From IMG/VR virus record IMGVR_UViG_3300031857_000104: DNA of 64,000 bases; one strand, 5' to 3'. Positions within the stretch are counted from its first letter, which is position 1. Each line of letters starts with the position of its first letter. The position numbers and the translations under genes are program-made. This stretch comes from an uncultured virus (IMG/VR IMGVR_UViG_3300031857_000104). Lineage: Duplodnaviria; Heunggongvirae; Uroviricota; Caudoviricetes. The notes beneath the pieces were generated by a model that made no database searches, was not told the origin of the DNA, and saw only the letters and a list, made by a program, of their open reading frames with translations. Of this stretch, positions 48,561-58,684 are shown piece by piece.

Positions 48561-49208
48561 ATGGAAAAAACCAAAATTTTTAACCTTTTTAAAACATTTA
48601 TTGGTTCAGATGTAATTGATATTGAAGGATTATATTTAAAACCTGAAAGAATTTTAAAAGATGGTCGTACAATTGAGTTTTCAATTAAGAATCCTGACGA
48701 TTTATCGTATTATATTGGTATTGTTGTTGAGTATTTAGATGAAATTCTATTTGATTTTAGTAAATTTACCAATTTTAAGTTTAATTATCGCATAAATACT
48801 AATTACACTAATTATCCTGCACTATATTTAAACGAAACATTAAAAAATGACATACAAACCTATCTAAATAGTAAAAAAAGATTAAGATTAATTGGTTCAA
48901 GTAGGATAGCCGTCACTATTGATGGTGAAAGTTTAGGGTTTTGGACTGAATTTGATAGTGATAGGATATTCATATGGAATGAGTTTGAACCAAACTCAGG
49001 AGTTGCGTATGATTTAATGTCAAAAGAAATAATTAGTGAAGATTTAAGTGAATGCATCGACCAATACCTTAAAATTATTGAATCTGACAGTACATATCTT
49101 GAATCTGATGAAGTTTATCAAGGATTAGATTCAATTTTAGAAGAACATCCTTTAATTTCTACTGATTGGGTTGCATTAGTCTATCATACTGGGTTTACAA
49201 ACCTATGA
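48561..49208 (+). CDS. acidic hypothetical protein
   Basis: 215 aa; TATTTAT upstream. Confidence 0.7.
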   Translation: MEKTKIFNLFKTFIGSDVIDIEGLYLKPERILKDGRTIEFSIKNPDDLSYYIGIVVEYLDEILFDFSKFTNFKFNYRINTNYTNYPALYLNETLKNDIQTYLNSKKRLRLIGSSRIAVTIDGESLGFWTEFDSDRIFIWNEFEPNSGVAYDLMSKEIISEDLSECIDQYLKIIESDSTYLESDEVYQGLDSILEEHPLISTDWVALVYHTGFTNL

Positions 49209-50477
49209 TAACATAGATTTACTACGTTTTTTACGGTGAAAAGTGATAACAAACCTGTGAACCTCATCTTGAATAGTTGCAAGTAAGTTAAAAAACTTAG
49301 AATTTTCAAATTTTACACTATTTCCGTCTGTAAAATGTAAAATATCTGACTTGTGAGACAAGTTTTTACTAATTGACACTAAATCTACCCTATCAAGTAG
49401 TGAAAGTTCATTAAAAACCTTCTTTGCCACTGATAATTGACCCTTACCACCATCAATAACAACCATATTAGGTAGTTTTTTCTTCTCTTTTATCAATTTG
49501 GTAAACCTTCTACGTAAAACTTCATCAAAAGAAGCGTAATCGTCAGGACCTTCTACTGTTTTTATGTTAAATTTACGGTATTCTGATGTATTTTTCTTAC
49601 CATTGGTGTATCTAATAAGGGCAGATACCTGACAATCACCCATAATATGTGAATTATCATACATTTCTATGTCAATTGGGGTGTTTTTTAGTGAATATGT
49701 GGTCTTAAACTCGTCAGCAATCACCAAATAACCACCAATTCTTGTAGTCTCTACACATTTTTCATATTTATTTAGTGCATCTAATCTAAATTTGATGTCA
49801 TTTGCCTTTTCAAACTCCATATCTTTACTGAATTTACCCATAAGACGTGTCAATTTACCTTTATATTGGTCAATATTAAAAGAAATAACCTGTTTTAGGT
49901 CAGAAATTGTTGAATTATACACAAATTTATTGATATTACCCACGCATGGAGCGTCACATCTACCCATATGATACTCTAAACAGGTAGAAAACTTGTTATT
50001 TTCCACATTTTCAGGTATAATATCGTATGAACATGACCGTAAATTGAATATGTCATGTAATAAATCGTGTATTTCGTAGCAAATATTACTACTTGATACA
50101 CAAATTAGTGGTTTTGAGTCTAAATTTGACTCATTTTTTACTTCTAAACGTGGAAAAGTCTCATTTGTAAGGGTTAAATACCATTTTTTTGACCGATCGT
50201 CCTTTAATTTGATGTTAAATTTAGGTTTATGAGACTTAATTAAGTCATTTTCTAATATAATTGCTGAATTTTCGTCTAAAGTGGTCAAAAAATCAACATC
50301 TGAGACGTTTTCTACCAATAATTTGGTCTTACTTGTGTGATTTTTGTTAGAAAAATACGATTTTACCCTGTTTGGGAGGTGTTTTGCCTTACCAACATAG
50401 ATAATTTGACCTTTTTTGTCCTTAAAAAGGTAGCAACCAGCACTTTTAGGTATGTTTTTTAACTTTTCTTCTAACAT
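49203..50477 (-). CDS. uvrC: excinuclease ABC subunit C-like (no C-terminal HhH)
   Basis: GIY-YIG (GCYLF...IIYVGKAKHL..RV.SYF), Cys cluster, UVR region, RNase H-like YDNSH, DDYAS, VIDGGKGQL, IQDEVHRF. Confidence 0.9.
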   Translation of the reverse strand: MLEEKLKNIPKSAGCYLFKDKKGQIIYVGKAKHLPNRVKSYFSNKNHTSKTKLLVENVSDVDFLTTLDENSAIILENDLIKSHKPKFNIKLKDDRSKKWYLTLTNETFPRLEVKNESNLDSKPLICVSSSNICYEIHDLLHDIFNLRSCSYDIIPENVENNKFSTCLEYHMGRCDAPCVGNINKFVYNSTISDLKQVISFNIDQYKGKLTRLMGKFSKDMEFEKANDIKFRLDALNKYEKCVETTRIGGYLVIADEFKTTYSLKNTPIDIEMYDNSHIMGDCQVSALIRYTNGKKNTSEYRKFNIKTVEGPDDYASFDEVLRRRFTKLIKEKKKLPNMVVIDGGKGQLSVAKKVFNELSLLDRVDLVSISKNLSHKSDILHFTDGNSVKFENSKFFNLLATIQDEVHRFVITFHRKKRSKSMLS

Positions 50478-50535
50478 TTTAGCTAAAATAACACTTTTTT
50501 ATGGAAAAAACAAACAAAATAGACTATTTATTACT

Positions 50536-51087
50536 ATGAAAATAGTAATTACAGAGTCCCAATACCGTATTTTAATGGAAAATGTCCAAATTATTGACGA
50601 TATTTTAGATAAAATGGGTGAAATTGGGTACGAAAACCTTGAAAATGACGAAAAAATGACCCTAAATAGGTACTCAGAATGGTTAAATTCGGGTAAAAAA
50701 GGTGATTTTATGGACGAAATAACCCCTAAAAACGATGATTTTGGGGCTAAAGTAGGTGAAGAATACACCACTTATTTACGTGATGGTAGTGAATTTTCAT
50801 TTATGTTTGACTATTCTGACGTATTAGAAAATGAAAACCTATATCATGGTTCAGTAAAATGGCAAGGAGAGGAGTGGTTTGGTGTAATAGTCACAGATAA
50901 AAAAGGTAATTTAGTAGAAATTGATTTTGTTTTAGATCAAGATTTAGAATCTTATAATGCAGATGATGAATTTGCTGGGTATGATGAAGAAAATGAGAAA
51001 AGATTACAGGACGAAATGGATAAAAAGGAACTTGCCCAAGTAAAATACTTCTTTATAGAAGAGGTAATCCCACATTTAGGTAATTAA
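50536..51087 (+). CDS. leader-tagged acidic protein
   Basis: MKIVITESQYRILME; IDDILDKM...GYENL...EK. Confidence 0.75.
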   Translation: MKIVITESQYRILMENVQIIDDILDKMGEIGYENLENDEKMTLNRYSEWLNSGKKGDFMDEITPKNDDFGAKVGEEYTTYLRDGSEFSFMFDYSDVLENENLYHGSVKWQGEEWFGVIVTDKKGNLVEIDFVLDQDLESYNADDEFAGYDEENEKRLQDEMDKKELAQVKYFFIEEVIPHLGN

Positions 51088-51681
51088 ATTATTATCTTTT
51101 AAGTAATTAAATAAAGATCTGGCTAATTTTTCACCAAATTTAATGTCAGATGGGTAATGGGCCTTAGCCATTTGTCTAGAATATACAATATCATCTTTAA
51201 TTTTTTTTAATTCTTGTTTGTATTTTGGATATTTGTGTGATAAAACAAGATATATTAAGTTAGATTGTGTTGAGTGTCCTGATGGATATGAAAACCCTTC
51301 CATAGATTTTAACAAAGAATCATTTAACTTAGGGTTTAATCTAAAAGGTCTTGGTCTTTTATAATAGTTTTTAAGATCCGTTATAATATTATGAACATCA
51401 CCACCTAATTTAGATATTAATTTTTTTTCATCAATACCTTTTGTTTTAAAAAATTTAATAAAATTACCATCAATGTCGTCTTTTTCTTGAACAAATCTTT
51501 TTTTTAAATTAATACTTTTTAAATATTTGATTTCTTTCTTTGTTTCTTCACTATTATCAGATGGTGGAGGATAGTTTTTAAATTTAGAAATATCAAAATC
51601 TTTAAATAAATTTTTTATTTTTTTACCTTCAGATAAATTCATTAAGTTTTTTATTCTATCTATTTCTTCATTTAATAACAT
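51076..51681 (-). CDS. leader-tagged PAP2/acid phosphatase
   Basis: MLLNEEIDRIKNLMNLSE; KNYYKRPRP, SYPSGHS, SRQMAKAHYPSD. Confidence 0.85.
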   Translation of the reverse strand: MLLNEEIDRIKNLMNLSEGKKIKNLFKDFDISKFKNYPPPSDNSEETKKEIKYLKSINLKKRFVQEKDDIDGNFIKFFKTKGIDEKKLISKLGGDVHNIITDLKNYYKRPRPFRLNPKLNDSLLKSMEGFSYPSGHSTQSNLIYLVLSHKYPKYKQELKKIKDDIVYSRQMAKAHYPSDIKFGEKLARSLFNYLKDNNLIT

Positions 51682-51710
51682 ATTTATAAATATCCTAATA
51701 TTTATTTGGT

Positions 51711-52145
51711 ATGATAACAAAAAAACATTTATTAGAAAACGGATTTAATATTGATAATATTATAACTGAACAAAAAACATCAAAAGATTTTTCAGAAATG
51801 ATTTCATTAATGTTACATTCAAGAACTCAAGCACACACATTACATTTACAAACAAAATCCTATCCTGAACACATGGCGCTTAATGGTTATTATGACGGTA
51901 TTGGGGATTTAATAGATGGGTTAGTTGAGTCTTATCAAGGAAAATATGGAATTATTGAATCTTACAAATCTTATGATTTGGTTTCTTATAAAAGTACTGA
52001 AAATACTATAAAATATTTACAGGATTTGTGTAAAAAAATAGAAGGGTTAAGAGACTGTTGTAAAGATTCGTATATCCAAAATCAAATAGATACTATTTGT
52101 GAGTTAATAAATAGTACCTTATATAAACTTAAATTTTTAAAATAA
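51711..52145 (+). CDS. ferritin/Dps-like four-helix protein (DUF5856-like)
   Basis: HTLHLQTKSYPEHMAL..YY...DGLVESYQG...IQNQID...TLYKL. Confidence 0.7.
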   Translation: MITKKHLLENGFNIDNIITEQKTSKDFSEMISLMLHSRTQAHTLHLQTKSYPEHMALNGYYDGIGDLIDGLVESYQGKYGIIESYKSYDLVSYKSTENTIKYLQDLCKKIEGLRDCCKDSYIQNQIDTICELINSTLYKLKFLK

Positions 52146-52150
52146 AAAAA

Positions 52151-52558
52151 ATGGCAAGAGAAATTTTATTAAATGAAAGAGAATTTTTTAACCTTATTAA
52201 AAAATTGGTTAAAGAAGTAAAAGAAGAACAAGAAATGAAAGAAGGTATTTTTGGACCAAGTTCAAAAGATATTGAATTAAGAAAAATTGATTTGATTAGA
52301 AAAATTGATGACTTAATGGAGGAGTTAGAATTAACCGATGATGATCTATATAATTCAGTCGAGTCAGTAATTAGACAAGCGGAAGAACATAATTATGATG
52401 GTGAAGTTGATGTAAAACAAGGAAGAACGGGAAGAATCGTTTTGTTATTTAGACCAACACCTTCTAAATTTCATCAGTCAGGGTTTTATAAAAATGTTGT
52501 GAGTCCTTTAGTTGGTGGTATGAGAGGAGGTCACACTTTTGGTGGTGGAAGGGATTAA
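52151..52558 (+). CDS. leader-tagged protein
   Basis: MAREILLNEREFFNLIKKLVKE. Confidence 0.7.
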   Translation: MAREILLNEREFFNLIKKLVKEVKEEQEMKEGIFGPSSKDIELRKIDLIRKIDDLMEELELTDDDLYNSVESVIRQAEEHNYDGEVDVKQGRTGRIVLLFRPTPSKFHQSGFYKNVVSPLVGGMRGGHTFGGGRD

Positions 52559-52581
52559 CTTATAAAATCAAAAATTTATTT

Positions 52582-52609
52582 AAGGTGGTTATTTAACCAC
52601 CTTTTTTTT
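52582..52609. terminator. terminator hairpin between convergent genes
   Basis: AAGGTGGTTA-TT-TAACCACCTT plus T-run. Confidence 0.7.
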
Positions 52610-52885
52610 GTCTATAATTTTATGTATCATCTGTAAAGTTTTTAAATTAACTTTATGGAATTTTAAATAATTATATGATCTTATTGTTTGCTGAGTAAAA
52701 AATAAAAACCCAACCAAAAAAATAATTGCGGGGGCAAACCCAAATACAGGATCAATCAAATAAATTAACATAAAAGATAAAAAAACAAATAAACTATTAA
52801 GAGAAAACCTCAATTTGTTTTCCCATAAATTAATATTTGATTTTGCCTCATTAATCTGTAATTCTTTTTTTTCTAAATAACTCAT
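52589..52885 (-). CDS. membrane protein (no leader)
   Basis: Two hydrophobic helices; TATTTTTG upstream on the minus strand. Confidence 0.6.
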   Translation of the reverse strand: MSYLEKKELQINEAKSNINLWENKLRFSLNSLFVFLSFMLIYLIDPVFGFAPAIIFLVGFLFFTQQTIRSYNYLKFHKVNLKTLQMIHKIIDKKKVVK

Positions 52886-52931
52886 ACTTTTTTTTTATAC
52901 AAAAATAATATTATTTTTTTAATAAAAAAAA

Positions 52932-54737
52932 TTATTCTAATATATTTTTGTATTTAACAAAGAAATTATACGGGTAATTTCCGGCAGCTGTGTGTTGGTA
53001 ATTACCTCTTAATAATACATTATTATCTTCTAACTTTTCTAAGTTGTCTCTTGTTTTACCGTATTGACCACCCCAATTTTTATAATTACACAAACTATAA
53101 ACATTATCTGGTAAAGATGTTTTACCACTTATTAATTTATTTACATATGTTTCTATTGGTTCTCCTTGGGTATATGGATCAATTAGGCCAATAAAACTAT
53201 AATTACTTGAATTACTTATAATTTCTTTCCAAACCTTAGACCCTCCACCTGAAAATCCCATAATTTTACTAATTTTACCTGAAGGTAATGAATCCCTTTG
53301 ATTTATAAATTTCACGTTATCTGTTGATAGTCCGGCCATAATCCATTGTTTTTTCATGTATTCTGCAGTTGCAAAATCCGCACCTCCAATTACAACAGTT
53401 AATCCATCGATATCTTCAACTTCCTCAACATCTTCTTCTTCTTCTGATATTTGACCAACATAAAATAAATGCCAAGGTTCCGCCTTTCTAATACCATTTT
53501 TTTTATATGTAACCTCAAAACCATAATCTCCACATTTTTCCGCCACCCATTTTTTTACTTTAGGGTTTAGGTCCCACCAAGACGGATCGGTACTAATAAT
53601 ATCAAAAGCCAACCCCGTGTGGTGCTGACTAAAACCTGGTATTGTGTTATAACTTTGAACATCATCTATTGTTCTTTTGTCATCTTGAACTTTTTTTCTA
53701 AAATTCTCAACTTGGTCATTATAGCTTCTATAATCACTAACAATTGATGTTGTAACATTAGGGAAGTCTTTTTTTAAATCTGATAATAATAATAAAATTT
53801 GTTCTTTCGCAATGGTATTAACTGATCCGGCATCTTCTCTGGTTTCACCTTCTTGGGTCATTTCTTTTTCTAAATTTTTTTCTGTGATGTTTACACCATA
53901 AGATCTTAATTTATTAATTGCATTTTTCACTGATTGAGGTAATTTATCAAAAATGGGTGATGAATCTTGGGTGTTTGTATTTGTTTGATCTGTAGGTTTT
54001 GATAAATTAATAGAATTTAAACTCTCTTCAAAGGCCTCCTCATTACCTTTTTTTAAAATTGCAAAAATTTTATAATCAATATCAATTGGGTCAGTATCTG
54101 TAACTTTTGCAGTTACTCCCGTATGATGAGTCATTAACATTGGTGTAGGACTTGGTGGGTAATATTCGTAATGTAAATGTGGTCCCACTGTTTGTCTACC
54201 TTTATTACCGGTGTTGGCTATTATTTGTCCCGGTTTTATTTCATCTCCGGCACTAACAAAAATATCGTCACAGTGTACAAATCTACTTAATGAACCATCA
54301 GGGTACTCAACCGCTAAAACCCATTCACCGGATCTGTTGGCGCTTTTTACTTTACCCTTTCTTAATGATACAATTGGGTGCCCAATACTAAGTCCATAAT
54401 CACGACCATGATGCCAATGATATTTACAATATCTTTCAGGTTTTATTCCTTGATTACATAAATACATTATTGGTGCTCTCCATCCATATGTTTTACCTCT
54501 TACTTCATCTAGTGGTCTTATTAAACTTTGATCTAAAGTATTAACATCTAATTCATCTAATTTTTTTCCAACATCTTCGGGTTTTATAAATCCTAAAAAT
54601 TCACCTTTATCGTCAAAACGAAGAGCACCGACATCTTCTCCGGATCTCTTACCTGATGAAGGTGTGACCATCATTTTACGATATATCCCCTGTTCGGAAA
54701 TTTCCTCTCGTAATATGTTTAATAATTTTAACGACAT
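52932..54737 (-). CDS. leader-tagged peptidoglycan peptidase: M23 plus M15B/VanY domains
   Basis: MSLKLLNILREEISE; HHGRDY and HLHYE (M23); SDYRSY, SQHHTGLAFD, EPWH (VanY-like). Confidence 0.85.
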   Translation of the reverse strand: MSLKLLNILREEISEQGIYRKMMVTPSSGKRSGEDVGALRFDDKGEFLGFIKPEDVGKKLDELDVNTLDQSLIRPLDEVRGKTYGWRAPIMYLCNQGIKPERYCKYHWHHGRDYGLSIGHPIVSLRKGKVKSANRSGEWVLAVEYPDGSLSRFVHCDDIFVSAGDEIKPGQIIANTGNKGRQTVGPHLHYEYYPPSPTPMLMTHHTGVTAKVTDTDPIDIDYKIFAILKKGNEEAFEESLNSINLSKPTDQTNTNTQDSSPIFDKLPQSVKNAINKLRSYGVNITEKNLEKEMTQEGETREDAGSVNTIAKEQILLLLSDLKKDFPNVTTSIVSDYRSYNDQVENFRKKVQDDKRTIDDVQSYNTIPGFSQHHTGLAFDIISTDPSWWDLNPKVKKWVAEKCGDYGFEVTYKKNGIRKAEPWHLFYVGQISEEEEDVEEVEDIDGLTVVIGGADFATAEYMKKQWIMAGLSTDNVKFINQRDSLPSGKISKIMGFSGGGSKVWKEIISNSSNYSFIGLIDPYTQGEPIETYVNKLISGKTSLPDNVYSLCNYKNWGGQYGKTRDNLEKLEDNNVLLRGNYQHTAAGNYPYNFFVKYKNILE

Positions 54738-54830
54738 ATAATATAAATATTTGTTATGCTCATTTAAAACCAACTTATGAAAACATATTGAATTTTAAAC
54801 ACCACTTTAATATATTTATTACGTATTTAT

Positions 54831-56114
54831 ATGAAGATGAGATATATTTTAACAATTCTATTTTTTATAACAATTTATTTTGGTTTTTCACAACCAACAA
54901 ACGATAATTGCTCAAACGCAACTTTAATAACATTACCAAATCCTTTGGCTTGTCCTAATGGTGTTGGCGGTACTGTTAATGTTTCAGGAACAAACATAGG
55001 TGCAACCGCACCAACACCATATACTTACTTACTTGGATGTTCAACAGGAGGGAATCAACCGGCACCAGCATTAGATGTTTGGTATAGATTCGTTGCAACA
55101 GGGACAAGAGTAACTATTAATATAACAGGAGGTTCTCCCGCCTTACCAAATCCCGCAATCACACTATGGAACGGCACTAACTGTAATAATTTATCAGGAA
55201 CAGGGTGTGATAATAATGGAACTGCTGCGGGGGCAAACTCAGCAACATTTGAACCATTAGCCATTGGTCAAACGTATTACATACAAATAAGTGGTATGAA
55301 TAGTACTGCACAAGGTAATTTTAATATGTCTATTAACGCGTCAAATGATTGTGCCGACTGTAATACCTCATCTTACTTAACTGTAACACCACCACCAACA
55401 AACGGAGCATATTTACCAGGAACCCAAGTGACATTTTGTTATACGGTAACAAATTATAGTCAAGTAAATGCAAATTGGATTCATGGTATTATACCAACAT
55501 TTGGTAATGGATGGAATTTATCTACATTACAATCAAACGGAACACCGCCACCAACTTCAGGTGGATATGGATGGTATTGGGCTAATGGTCCTTTAGGTCA
55601 AGGATGGTGGGTTGATTTAGATCCTGCGGGAGCAACACCACCTGATGGTATTTTTTCTAATAATTTTGGTTATTCGCCTGTAAATGGATCAGGAACATGG
55701 ACTTGGTGTTGGAGAATCACTACTAAGGCAAACTGTAGTTCAGGAACAAATTTAAATATGAGTATTAATACTACATCTGATGGTGAAACAGGTAATTGGA
55801 CATCAATTGCTTGTACAGATGACCCAAATTATCAATTTTCGGCTATTTTAAATTGTTGTACCACAACCGCAACTTTTGTAAGTCCCACTTGTTATAATGG
55901 TACTAACGGAACGGCAACTGCAAACCCAACAGGGATATCTCCTTATCAATATTCTTGGAATACGTCTCCTGTTCAAACAACTCAAACCGCAACAAATTTA
56001 CCAGCAGGTACTTATACAGTCACAGTAACGGATGCCTCTGGGTGTGTATCAACCGCTACAGTGACATTAACCAATCCCCCTCAAATTATTTTGGGACCAA
56101 TAAACCATAATTAA
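54831..56114 (+). CDS. secreted adhesin-like protein with SprB-like repeat
   Basis: Sec signal; [33 protein letters not shown]; ends GPINHN. Confidence 0.75.
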   Translation: MKMRYILTILFFITIYFGFSQPTNDNCSNATLITLPNPLACPNGVGGTVNVSGTNIGATAPTPYTYLLGCSTGGNQPAPALDVWYRFVATGTRVTINITGGSPALPNPAITLWNGTNCNNLSGTGCDNNGTAAGANSATFEPLAIGQTYYIQISGMNSTAQGNFNMSINASNDCADCNTSSYLTVTPPPTNGAYLPGTQVTFCYTVTNYSQVNANWIHGIIPTFGNGWNLSTLQSNGTPPPTSGGYGWYWANGPLGQGWWVDLDPAGATPPDGIFSNNFGYSPVNGSGTWTWCWRITTKANCSSGTNLNMSINTTSDGETGNWTSIACTDDPNYQFSAILNCCTTTATFVSPTCYNGTNGTATANPTGISPYQYSWNTSPVQTTQTATNLPAGTYTVTVTDASGCVSTATVTLTNPPQIILGPINHN

Positions 56115-56124
56115 AAAAAACATT

Positions 56125-56706
56125 ATGAAAAAATTATTAACCTTTTTAATGTTATTGATCTCATCAATTTCATTTTCTCAATTCACAACAACACAACCTG
56201 ATACGGTGTGTTATCAATCTACCGCACTTTCAACCTATACTGTAACAAGTATTGGTTCAGGGACATACACTTGGACTGTTCCTACTTGTGCTACTCTTGT
56301 TTCAGGCCAAGGAACTAACACAATTCAAGTAAATTGGTCGGCTTGTCCTCCAGGATTTATTAACGATGCAATATCTGTTACTTACGCATCACCTGCACCT
56401 GCAAACTGTCCTGCTGCTCCTGTTTATATGGATGTTTTAATATATCAAGTAGTCCCTACAATAACAGCATTAGGACCATTTTGTGAATCAGATCCTTGTG
56501 TGACATTAGTTGGTACACCTGCTGGTGGTACATGGTCAGGTCTTGGTGTGTCAGGTAACCAATTCTGTCCTGATAACGTAACAAACGGAACAAATGCGGT
56601 GTCAACAATTACTTATACAGTAAATGCTGGAGGATGTACATTTACAACAACAACTACTGTTCCTGTTTATGGAACACCAACATTATCACCAATCCAACAC
56701 AATTAA
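56125..56706 (+). CDS. secreted PKD/Ig-like protein
   Basis: Sec signal; YTWTV...SGQGTNTIQVNW, GTPAGGTWSG; ends SPIQHN. Confidence 0.75.
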   Translation: MKKLLTFLMLLISSISFSQFTTTQPDTVCYQSTALSTYTVTSIGSGTYTWTVPTCATLVSGQGTNTIQVNWSACPPGFINDAISVTYASPAPANCPAAPVYMDVLIYQVVPTITALGPFCESDPCVTLVGTPAGGTWSGLGVSGNQFCPDNVTNGTNAVSTITYTVNAGGCTFTTTTTVPVYGTPTLSPIQHN

Positions 56707-56864
56707 TGATTGACAGTTGGCCTGGTTTATTATTACCTCTTTGGTTGGCTCTTATTTTTGAACCAACCAAAGAACATAATAAAATAGAAGAAAAACCTGC
56801 AAAGGTTATAAAAATAGAAAAACCTAAAGTGGATACAACTTTGGTATTAAAAATAAAAAATTAA
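56706..56864 (+). CDS. small membrane-anchored protein
   Basis: TAATG-coupled on both sides; MIDSWPGLLLPLWLALIF. Confidence 0.55.
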   Translation: MIDSWPGLLLPLWLALIFEPTKEHNKIEEKPAKVIKIEKPKVDTTLVLKIKN

Positions 56865-57430
56865 TGAAATACATTTTTTTCATATTATTATTTAGTATGT
56901 CCTTACTTACTTCGGCACAACAGACTTTTGAACTGTGTGCCGGAGAAAGTAAAACTGTGGTTTACACTTCACAGTCGGGGGGTGATGGATCAAACGTATG
57001 GACAGTTAATGGTACACCATATTTAACAGAAGATTTAACATATACTTTTGACGCTGCCGGTATATACAATATTGTAATAAGAAGAGAAAACGGTCCGTGT
57101 TATGTTGAACAAACATTACAAGTTGTTGTTACTGATTGTCCAGGTGTTATTTATTGGGTTCCAAATTGTTTTACACCTGACGGTAATGAACATAACCAAC
57201 TATTTGGTCCCGTAATGAGTGAAGGATATGACATTAACGGTTTTCAATTTTTAGTATTTAATAGGTGGGGAGAAATTGTATGGGAATCACAAGACCCTAA
57301 TGGTAGATGGGATGGTCTATATCAAGGTAGAATTTGTACAGACGGTGTTTATATTTGGAAACTAACCTTTAATGTTTTTGGAAATGACGGTAAAATTACA
57401 GATCACGGACATTTAACTATCTTGAGGTAA
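56864..57430 (+). CDS. secreted protein with T9SS type-B (gliding-motility-associated) C-terminal domain
   Basis: Signal peptide; VPNCFTPDGNEHN.LF...VFNRWGEIV...WDG...GVYIW...GHLTILR. Confidence 0.85.
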   Translation: MKYIFFILLFSMSLLTSAQQTFELCAGESKTVVYTSQSGGDGSNVWTVNGTPYLTEDLTYTFDAAGIYNIVIRRENGPCYVEQTLQVVVTDCPGVIYWVPNCFTPDGNEHNQLFGPVMSEGYDINGFQFLVFNRWGEIVWESQDPNGRWDGLYQGRICTDGVYIWKLTFNVFGNDGKITDHGHLTILR

Positions 57431-57598
57431 TTCTTTAATCATACCCATTTCAATTAAATTTTCAATAGACTTATTTTTAGGCGCCTTTAAATAATAGTTA
57501 TCACCATCATTTCTAAAAAAACACCATCCTGATAAAACCGTATTTAAATGATTATACGTTTCTTTATCTTTTACTTTATATGTTTTTAATCCCACCAT
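57413..57598 (-). CDS. hypothetical protein
   Basis: 61 aa ORF closing the minus-strand operon. Confidence 0.5.
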   Translation of the reverse strand: MVGLKTYKVKDKETYNHLNTVLSGWCFFRNDGDNYYLKAPKNKSIENLIEMGMIKELPQDS

Positions 57599-58167
57599 CT
57601 TTCAATTTTTTGTTCTAATAATTTAAATAATAATTTTCTTGCCTTTTCTTGGTTATGTCTTGCAACGAAATGACAGAGAGTGTCTTTTTCTAAATCGTTA
57701 CCTTTTTCTTTTAAGACTTTTCTAACACTTGATGGATATTTTTTCAAAAACTCGTCATAGTTTTCACTTAAAACAGTCTTTTTAATTTCTTTTAAATTTG
57801 GGTTATCTTCAACAGGAATAAAATCAAATTCAGTTTCACTATAATCAAGATGTTCCATACCGTAATATTCTTCTTTTACCCTTTCAAGTAAATTAAGTAC
57901 AATTGTCATATCACGGTTATCTCTATCAACTTCAGTGTGTCGATTCGCGTAGACAATTTCCTGTCTTTGAAACTCTATCTTTTTTTGTAGTATGTTGTAG
58001 ATATACCAACCATCCCAATCTTTATCTTTGTATAAAGTTGGCATCCATTTGAATATGTTTTTTACTCCTGTTATAAAGTAACGTATTCTCCAATGTAAGT
58101 TTCTCCACAACCAATTTCTATCCCAAGCAGAATCATTTGGTACTATCAGTTTTTTGTAATTTTTCAT
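57586..58167 (-). CDS. conserved phage protein (Trp-rich ends)
   Basis: GVKNIFKW...DKDWD...IERWWD; TATATTTG upstream on the minus strand. Confidence 0.7.
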   Translation of the reverse strand: MKNYKKLIVPNDSAWDRNWLWRNLHWRIRYFITGVKNIFKWMPTLYKDKDWDGWYIYNILQKKIEFQRQEIVYANRHTEVDRDNRDMTIVLNLLERVKEEYYGMEHLDYSETEFDFIPVEDNPNLKEIKKTVLSENYDEFLKKYPSSVRKVLKEKGNDLEKDTLCHFVARHNQEKARKLLFKLLEQKIERWWD

Positions 58168-58351
58168 TTTGATCTTCTTTGTATTGCAAATATACAGAAA
58201 AAATCATTAAAAAGTTAACAAAAACACATAAAAAAATTTCTAATAAATAATGCCAATCTACTTGAGTCATAGAAAAATGTGTACCAAACCACATAAATGA
58301 ACCATACTTATTCATTATTTGTACTACTAAATACTTCAAAAATTTAATCAT
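58133..58351 (-). CDS. small membrane protein
   Basis: Hydrophobic segments. Confidence 0.55.
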   Translation of the reverse strand: MIKFLKYLVVQIMNKYGSFMWFGTHFSMTQVDWHYLLEIFLCVFVNFLMIFSVYLQYKEDQNEKLQKTDSTK

Positions 58352-58387
58352 AACGTTACTATTACATTTATAATTATATTTATTTAT

Positions 58388-58672
58388 ATGAAAAAAAATC
58401 TAAAGGAGTTAAATCCCGAACTTGAACCTGGAGATAGAATCATATTAATTTATATGGACGATTACACAAACCCAATACCTTTAGGTTCAAAAGGTATTGT
58501 ACACGATGATCCAGAAACATATAAATTAAATAGACCAACATTTTCAGGAAAAGGTTGTGGTTATGCTTACTACGTTACCTGGTATGATGATGAAGGTAAT
58601 TATATAGGTAAGATGCCGTTAGAACCTGATGACGATAGTTGGATTTTTGATAAAGATTATTATAAACAATAA
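58388..58672 (+). CDS. hypothetical protein, SH3-like
   Basis: MKKNLKE; PGDRIILIYMDD...PLGSKGIV...VTW. Confidence 0.65.
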   Translation: MKKNLKELNPELEPGDRIILIYMDDYTNPIPLGSKGIVHDDPETYKLNRPTFSGKGCGYAYYVTWYDDEGNYIGKMPLEPDDDSWIFDKDYYKQ

Positions 58673-58684
58673 AATAAATAAATT

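Noticed and set aside
49203..50477. GIY-YIG homing endonuclease or intron
   Set aside because: The downstream UVR region and RNase H-like motifs give a UvrC architecture, and no interrupted host gene flanks it
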